Of a stretch of 33,317 nucleotides of DNA, positions 1 to 7,688 are shown piece by piece. The position numbers and the translations under genes are program-made. Positions within the stretch are counted from its first letter, which is position 1, and every line of letters starts with the position of its first letter. The notes beneath the pieces are model-generated. The model saw only the letters and a list, made by a program, of their open reading frames with translations, had not been told where the DNA came from and searched no databases. Origin of the DNA: Oscillospiraceae bacterium (GTDB taxonomy: Bacteria > Bacillota > Clostridia > Oscillospirales > Acutalibacteraceae); NCBI GenBank assembly GCA_902796315.1, contig CADBON010000170.1, positions 1-33,317 on the forward strand. Reading direction: 5' to 3'.

Positions 1-1
1 G

Positions 2-412
2 CTGCGGCTGAACGCCCTGCGGCCGACGGTGCCGACCGCCTGGTGGACGGCCGCCGCGGGCACGGCGGTACTGGCGGCGCTGGGCGTACTGTTTTGGCTG
101 CCTGTCGCGGCGCGGTATGCGGCGGCGCCACTGCTGGCCGTTACCGACGGCACGCTGAAAGCTCGCGACGCCGTGCGGCAAAGCGTACGGCGCAGTGACG
201 GTCTCGCGGTACAATACGCGCTGTTCCGCGCAAGTTTTGGCGGCTGGGCGCTGCTGTGCGCAGTCCCGTTCGCCGCCGTCTATTGCCTGCCCTATTGCCG
301 GTTGGCGCCGCTCGTATGGCTGAAAAACGCCGAAAACGCGCCTATGCCAGCATATACAAGAGCGCCAACAGCAGTGTTTCGTCCGCCCCTTCCTCCGCCA
401 GCAGAAGAATGA
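2..412 (+). CDS. Hypothetical membrane protein, C-terminal fragment (5' end outside the window)
   Basis: The frame is open from the window edge to TGA at 410-412. Codons are GC3-rich until about position 330. There are two hydrophobic segments (AVLAALGVLFWLPVAA and GGWALLCAVPFAAVYCL). The last ~70 nt overlap the convergent minus-strand ORF 342-680 and lose GC3 bias, so the 3' end, and even whether this is a real gene, is uncertain. Confidence 0.4.
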   Translation: MRLNALRPTVPTAWWTAAAGTAVLAALGVLFWLPVAARYAAAPLLAVTDGTLKARDAVRQSVRRSDGLAVQYALFRASFGGWALLCAVPFAAVYCLPYCRLAPLVWLKNAENAPMPAYTRAPTAVFRPPLPPPAEE

Positions 413-680
413 TCGACAAAATCAGCGCGCTGTCCCTGTCCGCGACCGGGACGGCGCGCGACGCGTTCTGTGCGGACGATTCCGCCGCCGGGGCGGGGCG
501 GGACGCGTCCAGATAGCCGTCGGGCATAGGAATATGCTTCGGCGGCTGTTTTTCCGTCGTCGGCGATTTTTCCGCCGGCAGGGGCCCCGTCATCTCACGT
601 GTACGGCGCTGCATTTCCTCCACACGGCGGGCGGCGTCGTTTTGCATCTTCATGATTTCGGCGTAACTGTACTGCGCCAT
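342..680 (-). CDS. Small hypothetical protein (112 aa), third gene of a coupled three-ORF unit
   Basis: The ATG at 678-680 overlaps the stop of the upstream ORF by 1 nt (TAATG). The N-terminus is charged and helical (MQNDAARRVEEMQRRTREM). The middle is Pro/Ala-rich. The C-terminus is hydrophobic and acidic (ILSIILLLAEEGADETLLLALLYML). I recognise no family. Confidence 0.6.
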   Translation of the reverse strand: MAQYSYAEIMKMQNDAARRVEEMQRRTREMTGPLPAEKSPTTEKQPPKHIPMPDGYLDASRPAPAAESSAQNASRAVPVADRDSALILSIILLLAEEGADETLLLALLYMLA

Positions 681-1012
681 TACGGCAGCCCCCTCTCTTT
701 GAGCACGGGCAGCAGCGCCAGCAGACGCACGATCCGCGCCGCCTCGTCTGCTTTATGGCGCCGTTCTTCACTCAAGAGCGGTTTGAGCGCCATCAGAAAG
801 TCCACGCGCTCGTCGCGCCCGTTCAGTTTTTCGAGATAGGGCGTCAACTTCGTCAGCAGCGACAGATCCGGCAAGGCGGGCGCCGTACCGGCGGGCGCGG
901 TCGTTTCACTCTTGCCGAGCCCCGCCAGCAGCCCCGCCGCCGTTTGTTTGAGCAATTCCACGTCCCCGTCCGAAAGCGAGCCCAACAGCGCGCCGAGGTC
1001 GGGCTCACTCAT
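680..1012 (-). CDS. Small hypothetical protein (110 aa), second gene of the coupled unit
   Basis: This is a protein-like ORF. Its start overlaps the upstream ORF by 8 nt (1005-1012). The C-terminal motif ALKPLLSEERRHKADEAARIVRLLALLPVL resembles small conserved Clostridia hypothetical proteins, from memory only and with no family name. Confidence 0.65.
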   Translation of the reverse strand: MSEPDLGALLGSLSDGDVELLKQTAAGLLAGLGKSETTAPAGTAPALPDLSLLTKLTPYLEKLNGRDERVDFLMALKPLLSEERRHKADEAARIVRLLALLPVLKERGLP

Positions 1013-1256
1013 GCCCGTTCCCCAGGAACTGCGCGAACAGTTCTTTCGCCCGCTCGCTCTCGAGCAGTTTGCGCGTTTTTTCGCGATCCGCCAGCACCTC
1101 GCGCAGGGTTTGGGTCTGCCCTTCGCTCAGCGATCCCGCAAGGGCTTGTTCCACGTCGGTCTCGTTCCGCAGGCCGCCGTTTTCATTTTTCGCACGCAGT
1201 TTTTTCAAGAGTTCCGTCAGGTCCAACCGATTGTTTTCTTCATTTTTCAATTGCAA
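1005..1256 (-). CDS. Small hypothetical charged/helical protein (about 81-83 aa), first gene of the coupled unit
   Basis: There is no ATG. The candidate starts are TTG at 1256 or TTG at 1250. The latter lies 6 nt after GGTGA. The sequence is Lys/Glu/Leu-rich and predicted helical. The start codon is uncertain. Confidence 0.5.
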   Translation of the reverse strand: MQLKNEENNRLDLTELLKKLRAKNENGGLRNETDVEQALAGSLSEGQTQTLREVLADREKTRKLLESERAKELFAQFLGNGHE

Positions 1257-1279
1257 TCACCGCCGTCGCATTGTATAAT
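1251..1279 (+). promoter_or_regulatory. Sigma-A-type promoter candidate for the phosphoesterase gene
   Basis: TTGCAA (1251-1256), a 17-nt spacer, then TATAAT (1274-1279). It lies about 44 nt upstream of the ATG at 1323, inside a 66-nt divergent intergenic region. Confidence 0.45.
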
Positions 1280-1322
1280 AATGAGGTACATTAACGGTAT
1301 GCACGCAAAGAAGGGATTATGA

Positions 1323-1784
1323 ATGCGATTGCTCGTACTCTCCGACAGCCACGGTCGCCCCTCCCACCTGCTGGCGGCGGTGGAGGCGGAACCGAAGGCC
1401 GAACTGATCTACTTTTTGGGCGACGGCGAACGCGACCTTGAAATGGCGGGGCTCTGCCACCCCGACCTGAACGTCATCGCAGTGCGCGGCAACTGCGACT
1501 GGGGCAGCGACCTGCCCGCGCGCGATATCCGCACCGCGGGCGGCATCCGCGTGCTGGCCACCCACGGCTATGCCGAGCGCGTCAAGTACGGCCCTGCGGA
1601 ACTGGAGATGGCGGCGGCCGACGTAAAGGCCGATCTGATCCTGTTCGGCCACACGCACGAGCCGTACAATCAATACGTCGACGGGCGGCTGTATTTCAAC
1701 CCCGGCGCGCTCGCCGACGGGCGGTACGGCGTAATCGACATTGTGGGCGGGAACTGTATCGGTATCCATAAGACGGTTTATTGA
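1323..1784 (+). CDS. YfcE/MJ0936-family metallophosphoesterase (153 aa)
   Basis: Calcineurin-like phosphoesterase motifs appear in order: LVLSDSHG, GDGERD, RGNCD, GHTH. The size is typical for the YfcE family. A GAAGGGA RBS sits upstream. Confidence 0.9.
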   Translation: MRLLVLSDSHGRPSHLLAAVEAEPKAELIYFLGDGERDLEMAGLCHPDLNVIAVRGNCDWGSDLPARDIRTAGGIRVLATHGYAERVKYGPAELEMAAADVKADLILFGHTHEPYNQYVDGRLYFNPGALADGRYGVIDIVGGNCIGIHKTVY

Positions 1785-1809
1785 CAACGGCCCTGCGCCG
1801 TGCTACTAT
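1781..1809 (+). promoter_or_regulatory. Promoter candidate for the two membrane-protein genes
   Basis: TTGACA (1781-1786), a 17-nt spacer, then TACTAT (1804-1809) preceded by TGc (extended -10). It overlaps the stop of the phosphoesterase gene. Confidence 0.45.
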
Positions 1810-1841
1810 AAAAACAACTCGGTAATAAGGAGTGATTGCGA

Positions 1842-2648
1842 ATGGATTTCAAGTCCAACTGGCTGATGTACCTGCTTGCGGCGGGCGTCATCGGCTTCGT
1901 GGTCGTGGAATCGCTCTTCTTCCTCGTCAAAGCGTGGAAACGCGGCAAGGAACTGGGCATTTCCAAACAGACGCTGGTCAACACCGTCACCAACAGCGCC
2001 ATCTATTCCGTTGCGCCGGCGATCTCGATCCTGGCGACGGTCTTCGTGCTGGCGAACGCCCTCGGCAACGTACTGCCGTGGATCCGTCTGTCGGTCATCG
2101 GCAACCTGCAGTATGAGACGGTGGCGGCCACCTCCATCCTCTCCGAACTGGGCGGCAGTCTGACCGAAGAGGTCACCGACCCGGCCAAGTTCGCCGCCGT
2201 TGCCTGGGGTATGACCATCGGCTGCTGCCTGCCGCTGATCCTCGTCCCCATCTTCTGCAAAAAGATCCATAAAAAAGTCGGCGACGTCGTCAACAAGAGC
2301 AGCAGCGCTTCGGCCCTGGCCGACGTGGTTGCCGCCGCGGCGTTCATCGGTATCATCGCCGCGTTCGTTTCCAAGTCCATCAACGGTATCGAGGTCACGA
2401 AAACCCTCACGGGTGAAAACGTCGTCAGTTCGCGTGCGGGCTTTTTGTCCATCGCCACGCTGATCGTTTCCATCGTCGTCTATCTGTTGCTGGACACGCT
2501 CGCCACCAAAAAGCACCTGGTGAAGTTTTCCAACTTCGTGATGCCCATCGCCATGTTCACCGGCATGGGCGCCGCGGTGCTGATGACACAGCTGCTGCCG
2601 CAGAGTCTTGTGCTCTGGTCGTGGCCGTGGCTGCCGCCCGTACAGTAA
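1842..2648 (+). CDS. Multi-pass membrane protein of unknown function (268 aa)
   Basis: An AAGGAG RBS at 1827-1832 lies 9 nt before the ATG at 1842. The ORF track's TTG at 1836 is too close to the RBS. Several hydrophobic helices are present. I recognise no family with confidence. Confidence 0.8.
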   Translation: MDFKSNWLMYLLAAGVIGFVVVESLFFLVKAWKRGKELGISKQTLVNTVTNSAIYSVAPAISILATVFVLANALGNVLPWIRLSVIGNLQYETVAATSILSELGGSLTEEVTDPAKFAAVAWGMTIGCCLPLILVPIFCKKIHKKVGDVVNKSSSASALADVVAAAAFIGIIAAFVSKSINGIEVTKTLTGENVVSSRAGFLSIATLIVSIVVYLLLDTLATKKHLVKFSNFVMPIAMFTGMGAAVLMTQLLPQSLVLWSWPWLPPVQ

Positions 2649-2663
2649 AGGAGGCGCGCAACG

Positions 2664-3338
2664 ATGAAAAAAGACGTACCGTATTTCGATAAAGTCCACC
2701 GCTGGGGCCGTATCTGGACACTGCTGGCGCTGGTCGCCCTGTTCAGCGTACCGCTGGTCTTTTCGCTCGCGCACGACGCCTGGCCGGAGCCCGGCCCGTT
2801 CCTGAAGGGCCTGGTCGCCATTCTGCCGCTGTACTGGGTGTCGGGCATTATCGAGACCTTTACATACACGCCCATGATCGGCGCGGGCGGCACCTACCTG
2901 AGTTTCGTCACGGGCAACATTGCCAACCTGAAACTGCCCTGCGCCATCGCCGCGCTTGAAAAGGCCGACGTCAAGGGCACCAGCGATGAAGGTGAGGTCA
3001 TTTCCACCATCGCCATCGCCTCGTCCGCCATCACCACCACGGTCATCATTGCGGCGGGCGTGCTGCTGTTCAGTATCCCGGTGCAATGGCTGACCAAGAG
3101 CCCGGTCTTCGCCCCCGCTTTTCAGCAGATCTTCCCCGCCATGTTCGGCGCGCTGATGGCCTCGTACCTGCGCAAGCATTGGAAGACCGCGGCCGCCACC
3201 GTGCTGATTGGCTGCATCGTCGTGTTCTTCTCCCCCTCGATCGGCATCGGCATTCTGATCGTTGTCACCATCGTCGCCGCCGTGCTCACGTCCTTCCTCT
3301 TCTACAAGATCTCGACGAAAAAGAGCGCCGCGAAATAA
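2664..3338 (+). CDS. Multi-pass membrane protein of unknown function (224 aa), co-transcribed with the previous gene
   Basis: An AAAGGAGG RBS lies directly upstream, 15 nt after the previous stop. Hydrophobic helices run throughout. A terminator follows. Confidence 0.8.
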   Translation: MKKDVPYFDKVHRWGRIWTLLALVALFSVPLVFSLAHDAWPEPGPFLKGLVAILPLYWVSGIIETFTYTPMIGAGGTYLSFVTGNIANLKLPCAIAALEKADVKGTSDEGEVISTIAIASSAITTTVIIAAGVLLFSIPVQWLTKSPVFAPAFQQIFPAMFGALMASYLRKHWKTAAATVLIGCIVVFFSPSIGIGILIVVTIVAAVLTSFLFYKISTKKSAAK

Positions 3339-3353
3339 CCCGTAAAAAAAGCG

Positions 3354-3381
3354 AAACCCGACCGTTTGGTCGGGTTTTTCT
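3354..3381. terminator. Bidirectional rho-independent terminator between convergent genes
   Basis: The stem is AAACCCGACC / GGTCGGGTTT with loop GTTT. A T-run flanks it on the plus strand (TTTTTCTT) and an A-run lies upstream, which reads as a T-run on the minus strand. Confidence 0.75.
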
Positions 3382-3397
3382 TATGCCGGTATTGTCT

Positions 3398-3934
3398 TCA
3401 GCGGCCGATCATTTTTTCGGCCCGCAGCAGGATCACCTGCGTTTTGGCGTCGGGGATCTCCCCGTTCAGCACGCCCGCGACGGCGTCCGCCAGCGGCCGT
3501 TTTTCGACGTTGATGAACTCATCGTCATCCAGGTGCTGATCGCCCTCATGCAGGCCGGTAGCGAGATAGAGATGAATGACCTCGTCGATCATGGCGGGCG
3601 TCGTGTACAGCGAACCGATTTTTTTGACGGAATCGGCGGTCAGGCCCGTCTCTTCGCTGAGTTCGCGCGCGGCGGCCTCATCCGGGTCTTCGCCGTACTC
3701 GAGTTTGCCCGCGGGCGCCTCGAGCGTCACCGTGCCGAAGGGGTAGCGGAACTGTTTGACCAGCCACACGTTGCCGTCGCCGTCGACGGGCAACACGCAC
3801 ACCGCGCCCGGGTGACGAATGACCTCGCGCACGGCCTTGCCGCCGTCGGGCAGTTCGATTTCGTCGCGGTACAGTTTGATCAGGACCCCGTCGAACACCT
3901 GCTCGGACGAGAGCGTTTTTTCTTCGAGTTTCAT
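3398..3934 (-). CDS. nudF: ADP-ribose pyrophosphatase, Nudix hydrolase (178 aa)
   Basis: The Nudix box GKLEYGEDPDEAAARELSEETGL is present. The overall layout matches NudF/ADPRase. A GAGGAGG RBS sits upstream. Confidence 0.9.
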   Translation of the reverse strand: MKLEEKTLSSEQVFDGVLIKLYRDEIELPDGGKAVREVIRHPGAVCVLPVDGDGNVWLVKQFRYPFGTVTLEAPAGKLEYGEDPDEAAARELSEETGLTADSVKKIGSLYTTPAMIDEVIHLYLATGLHEGDQHLDDDEFINVEKRPLADAVAGVLNGEIPDAKTQVILLRAEKMIGR

Positions 3935-3960
3935 AGGCGCCTCCTCTGCGTCTGGGGCAT

Positions 3961-3988
3961 CAAAAAGGCGGCTGTCGCGACAGCCGCC
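3961..3988 (-). terminator. Rho-independent terminator after jag
   Basis: On the minus strand the hairpin is GGCGGCTGTCG/CGACAGCCGCC (a 22-bp perfect palindrome) followed by TTTTTG. It begins 10 nt after the jag stop. Confidence 0.7.
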
Positions 3989-3997
3989 TTTGTGTAA

Positions 3998-5665
3998 TTA
4001 CTGTTCGTTCGGGTCGTCAAAGAACTTGATTTCCTCGGGCTCGTTGCCGTTCCCGTCCACGATGTGCCAGACAGGGTCTTCCCCCTCGGCCTTCGGCTCG
4101 GCGGCAGGGGCGTCGCCCACAAACTCCAGCGTGGAATCGGCGGCGCCGGCATCGTCCAGGAAATGCCAGACGGGCTTCTCGGCCTTCGGCTCGTCGCTCG
4201 CGGCCTTTGCGGTGCCGGGCTCGACGAACTGCAGCGTGTCGTCGGTGTCAAACGAGATGGAGGCAAACTCCTCGGTCCCCTTTTCATCGACGGGCTCCGG
4301 GTTGGAGGGAATGTCGCCGAAATGAATGCCGGCGGCGGAATCCAGATGGAAGTCGATGGGCGCTTCGTCCGGATGCCGCTTTTCGACCGTCTCTTCGTTC
4401 AGGTCGTCATCGGCGGGCGGCGTTTCTTCAAACACAAACTGCACGGATTCTTCCTTCGCGGGGGTCGCCTCAACGGCGGGAGCCGCTTCCGCAACGGGAG
4501 TTTCGACAGCGGGGGTCTCCTCAACGGCGGGGGCCGCGGGGATTTCTGTGCCGGCGGGTGCAAGATCGGCGTACGCCTCCTCGGTACTCACCTGCTCAAC
4601 GGGAGCGGCGGGCTTGCGGGGCGGGAACTTCGGTTCGATTTTGCCGTAGCGGGCAGCCGCGACCTCGTCCACCTTCTGCTCGCGGTCATCGGCGATCTCG
4701 GGAACGTATTTCTCACGGCGCTCGCGGCCGCGGCGGTCGCGGCGATCTCGGCGGTCAAAACCGCGCTCGGGGCGCTCGGGACGCTCCACACCGCCCTCGG
4801 GAACGATAACCACGCGGCGGCGATCGCCCTCACCGACGGAGTGCGAGGTCACACCCTCGATCTCCTGCACGGCGGTGTGGATGATGCGGCGCTCGTAGGG
4901 GTTCATCGGTTCCAACTTGCAGCTGCGGCCGTATTTGACGGCGCGGGAGGCCTGGCGGCGTGCCAGCGAACGAAGGGTCTCTTCCCGACGGGCACGGTAA
5001 TCGCCGACGTTCAGCGCCACGCGCTTGTTGTTATTGTCGCTGCGGTTGACGAACAGGCGGGTCAGGTACTGAAGCGCGTCCAGCGTTTCGCCGCGGCGGC
5101 CGATGATGTTGCCGTAATCCTCTTCACAATTGATCTCAAAATAGATGTCGTCGTCCGTTTCTTTGCAGGTGACGTCGGCGCCCTCCACGCCCATCTTGCG
5201 AAGAACGTCCTCAAGGTAGGCGGTGGCGGCGGTCTTTTTCGCCTCGATACCGCTCAAGTCCACCTGCGGAGCCGGCGCGGGAGTCGCGACAGATTTGGGA
5301 GTGCGCTCTTTACGCGGCTCTTGCTTGCGGGACGCCTGGGCGGGAGCGGGCTTTCGGCCCTGCTGTTTCTGTTCGGGTTTGTTGGGTTTTTGTCCGCCCT
5401 TGGGTTTGGGTTCGGACTTCTGTTCGGGTTTGGGCTGCGGTTTGGGCTGCGGCTTTTCCTGCTTGGGGGCAGGCGCGGCCTTGCCGTCGTCATACCAGGC
5501 GCGGACCTTGGCGGGGGCGCCGCCGAACAGACCAAGCGTCTTCTTTTTGGGCATCTGCTGCACTTCACACTGAACGTCCGCTTCCAGCGGCGCGTTCAGC
5601 AACGCGATCGCCTGTTTTCGCGCTTCGTCGATCGTGGGAGCGGAGCCGATTGCTTCTTTTATCAT
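3998..5665 (-). CDS. jag: Jag/KhpB (SpoIIIJ-associated) RNA-binding protein with Jag_N, KH and R3H regions plus a ~265-aa C-terminal extension (555 aa)
   Basis: The N-terminus MIKEAIGSAPTIDEARKQAIALL is Jag_N-like. The KH-like core is IIGRRGETLDALQYL. The R3H-like motif is MNPYERRIIHTAV. The gene sits immediately downstream of yidC, as in other Firmicutes. Confidence 0.9.
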   Translation of the reverse strand: MIKEAIGSAPTIDEARKQAIALLNAPLEADVQCEVQQMPKKKTLGLFGGAPAKVRAWYDDGKAAPAPKQEKPQPKPQPKPEQKSEPKPKGGQKPNKPEQKQQGRKPAPAQASRKQEPRKERTPKSVATPAPAPQVDLSGIEAKKTAATAYLEDVLRKMGVEGADVTCKETDDDIYFEINCEEDYGNIIGRRGETLDALQYLTRLFVNRSDNNNKRVALNVGDYRARREETLRSLARRQASRAVKYGRSCKLEPMNPYERRIIHTAVQEIEGVTSHSVGEGDRRRVVIVPEGGVERPERPERGFDRRDRRDRRGRERREKYVPEIADDREQKVDEVAAARYGKIEPKFPPRKPAAPVEQVSTEEAYADLAPAGTEIPAAPAVEETPAVETPVAEAAPAVEATPAKEESVQFVFEETPPADDDLNEETVEKRHPDEAPIDFHLDSAAGIHFGDIPSNPEPVDEKGTEEFASISFDTDDTLQFVEPGTAKAASDEPKAEKPVWHFLDDAGAADSTLEFVGDAPAAEPKAEGEDPVWHIVDGNGNEPEEIKFFDDPNEQ

Positions 5666-5684
5666 ATCTGTTCACCTGATTTCT

Positions 5685-6662
5685 TTATGCGTTGTTTTCC
5701 ATTTCCACGCGCTTTTTGACGTTATTCTCGCGCGAGCGGCGGGTGACGGTCTCGTCGACCATCTGCTGGGCGATGACCTTTTTGGGGCTGTACGCGTTGG
5801 AAAGAATGATTTGCTGAATAAAGGACAGCACGTTGGAAATGATCCAGTAAAAACCGATACCGCACGGAAGTGCGAAGGTAAAGACCAGCGACATGACCGG
5901 GCTCATAAAGGTCATGCAGCCCATGGTCGGGTTTTTGGCCATCTCGGGGTTCTGCTTGCGCTGTTTCATATACATATAAACAGAGCTGAGCATAGCCGTC
6001 GCAAAAGCGACGATGGGGATGATCCAGTAATAGTCAAATGCCTTGAAGTTGGGCGTGTGCGCCAGATCGAAGATGCCGACGGCAAATTCTTTTTTGAACG
6101 CGACCAGACTGTTTAATTCCTCCGGATTCAGCACCTTGCTGAAAACCTCATAGATCTTGGCGTAGTTGTCGCCGGTGGGATCCAGCAGTTCCAGCAGCTT
6201 CAGTTCGCTGGAGCGGCCGGCGGCCGCAGACGTGGCTTTGGTCGCCGTGGTGGTGATAAACGACGCAAGGTCAGTCGACAACTGCGTGATTTTGTCGGAG
6301 GCGATCCGCAGCACCGTCGAAAGGGGCGTATAAATGACCTGATACAGGCCCATCATAACGCCGAGTTGGATCAGCATCGGCGCGCAGCCCATATTGGCGG
6401 CGCTGAAACCCTCACGCTGGTAAAGCGCCTGAGTTTCCTCCTGAATCTTCTGCTGATTGCCCGCAAACTTCTGTTTGATTTTGTTGACCTTGGTATTGAG
6501 GCGCACCTGTTTGGCGCTGTTCTTTTGCTGGCTGATGGAAGCGGGCAAAAGAACCAGACGGGTGATCAGTGTCAAGATCAGAATGGATACAAGATAACTG
6601 TTCGTCCACGAATAAAACAGGTTCAGTACAAAAGCAAACGGGAGGGCAAGAAAATCTCTCAT
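5685..6662 (-). CDS. yidC: Membrane protein insertase YidC/SpoIIIJ/OxaA family (325 aa)
   Basis: Typical segments are present (LTLITRLVLLPASISQQKNSAKQ, QALYQREGFSAANMGCAPMLIQ). The gene lies in conserved synteny with yidD, rnpA and rpmH. Confidence 0.93.
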   Translation of the reverse strand: MRDFLALPFAFVLNLFYSWTNSYLVSILILTLITRLVLLPASISQQKNSAKQVRLNTKVNKIKQKFAGNQQKIQEETQALYQREGFSAANMGCAPMLIQLGVMMGLYQVIYTPLSTVLRIASDKITQLSTDLASFITTTATKATSAAAGRSSELKLLELLDPTGDNYAKIYEVFSKVLNPEELNSLVAFKKEFAVGIFDLAHTPNFKAFDYYWIIPIVAFATAMLSSVYMYMKQRKQNPEMAKNPTMGCMTFMSPVMSLVFTFALPCGIGFYWIISNVLSFIQQIILSNAYSPKKVIAQQMVDETVTRRSRENNVKKRVEMENNA

Positions 6663-6703
6663 GGTTTCAATCCTTTCCGTTCGTGTGGGAAAGCAGGCGA
6701 AAC

Positions 6704-6937
6704 TTACTTTTTCGCCTTTTCTTTTTTGGGTGGGACGGGGTCCACACCGCCGGGGAAGAGGATGTTGCAGCGCGCAAGCCGCCCCAGTGCCAGCAGCGTA
6801 CCCTTCAGCGCGCCGTGGATGCGAATGGCCTCCAGCGCGTACTGCGAACAGGTGGGGTAATAGCGGCAGCGTGCAGGAAACAGCGGCGAAATATGCCGCT
6901 GATAAAACCCGATGGCGCGCATCAAAAATGCTTTCAC
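6704..6937 (-). CDS. yidD: Membrane protein insertion efficiency factor YidD (77 aa)
   Basis: The signature [27 protein letters not shown] is present. An ATGA overlap joins it to the rnpA stop. Confidence 0.93.
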   Translation of the reverse strand: MKAFLMRAIGFYQRHISPLFPARCRYYPTCSQYALEAIRIHGALKGTLLALGRLARCNILFPGGVDPVPPKKEKAKK

Positions 6938-7293
6938 CGCGGCTTTGCCTCCTTCAGAAGGCCCTCGGCGGCAAACATGGCGCGCATGGTGCGGGCGACG
7001 GCCGTACTCTTTTTATAGCGCGTGGCCGTGCGGGCAACAAGCACAAAATCGTAGCCCGGCTTCACCTGCGGACAAACCTCGCGAAAGGCGGCGGTCAAAA
7101 CACGCCGCGCCCGGTTGCGCGCGACGGCGTTGCCGATTTTTTTACTGGAAGAAACGCCTACGCGGCATTGTCCCGCGCGGTTTTGTGCGTAGTACACGAC
7201 CAGCGCAGGATCGACCACGACCTTGCCCCTGCGGTACAAACGGCGAAAGTCGGCGTTTTGCTTCAGTTTCAGAAACTCGGCCACGTCTCTCAC
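6934..7293 (-). CDS. rnpA: Ribonuclease P protein component (119 aa)
   Basis: This is a basic protein with an RNR-like motif ([16 protein letters not shown]). It starts 18 nt downstream of rpmH. Confidence 0.93.
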   Translation of the reverse strand: MRDVAEFLKLKQNADFRRLYRRGKVVVDPALVVYYAQNRAGQCRVGVSSSKKIGNAVARNRARRVLTAAFREVCPQVKPGYDFVLVARTATRYKKSTAVARTMRAMFAAEGLLKEAKPR

Positions 7294-7311
7294 CCGGTGT
7301 GAACGCGGTGA

Positions 7312-7446
7312 TTAGTAGGTAAGCTGCTTGCGGCCTTTGCGACGGCGGCGGGCAAGAACTTTACGGCCGTTGCGGTCGCTCATTCTTTTGCGGAAGCCGT
7401 GCTCTTTCATGCGGTGTCTGACTTTGGGCTGATAGGTTCTTTTCAT
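7312..7446 (-). CDS. rpmH: 50S ribosomal protein L34 (44 aa)
   Basis: This gene is not in the ORF track because it is under 60 aa. My translation of the minus strand gives [44 protein letters not shown]. An AAGGAG RBS lies 8 nt upstream. Confidence 0.95.
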   Translation of the reverse strand: MKRTYQPKVRHRMKEHGFRKRMSDRNGRKVLARRRRKGRKQLTY

Positions 7447-7552
7447 GATGTTCTACTCCTTTTATTTTCAGGCGCGGTTTACGGAAGAAAGAGAAGGGAA
7501 GTAAGCGCCACCTGTGATTGCGCATTCTATCCGAAGATAAACATACTGAAGT

Positions 7553-7581
7553 ATTATAATAAAAAGGCGGGCGGTTGTCAA
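7553..7581 (-). promoter_or_regulatory. Consensus sigma-A promoter for the rpmH operon
   Basis: On the minus strand: TTGACA (7581-7576), a 17-nt spacer, then TATAAT (7558-7553). It lies about 105 nt upstream of the rpmH ATG. Confidence 0.6.
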
Positions 7582-7626
7582 GACCTAAATCTTGTGCGTT
7601 TTCGCCGTGAACACGGTACGCGGGTG

Positions 7627-7655
7627 TTGCACTTTGCCGCGTTCTGTGTTATGAT
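7627..7655 (+). promoter_or_regulatory. Promoter candidate for mrp (divergent from rpmH)
   Basis: TTGCAC (7627-7632), a 17-nt spacer, then TATGAT (7650-7655) preceded by TGt (extended -10). Confidence 0.5.
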
Positions 7656-7688
7656 ATAAGATAGTATATAAAGGAGTTGAAGTTCCCT

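Noticed and set aside
7447-7688. I looked for a possible oriC or DnaA-box cluster next to rpmH.
   Set aside because: I found no TTATCCACA/TGTGGATAA 9-mers or close variants in the spacer. The only near match (TGTGGATAT, 8132-8140) is a single site inside the mrp coding region. The spacer is explained by two divergent promoters.
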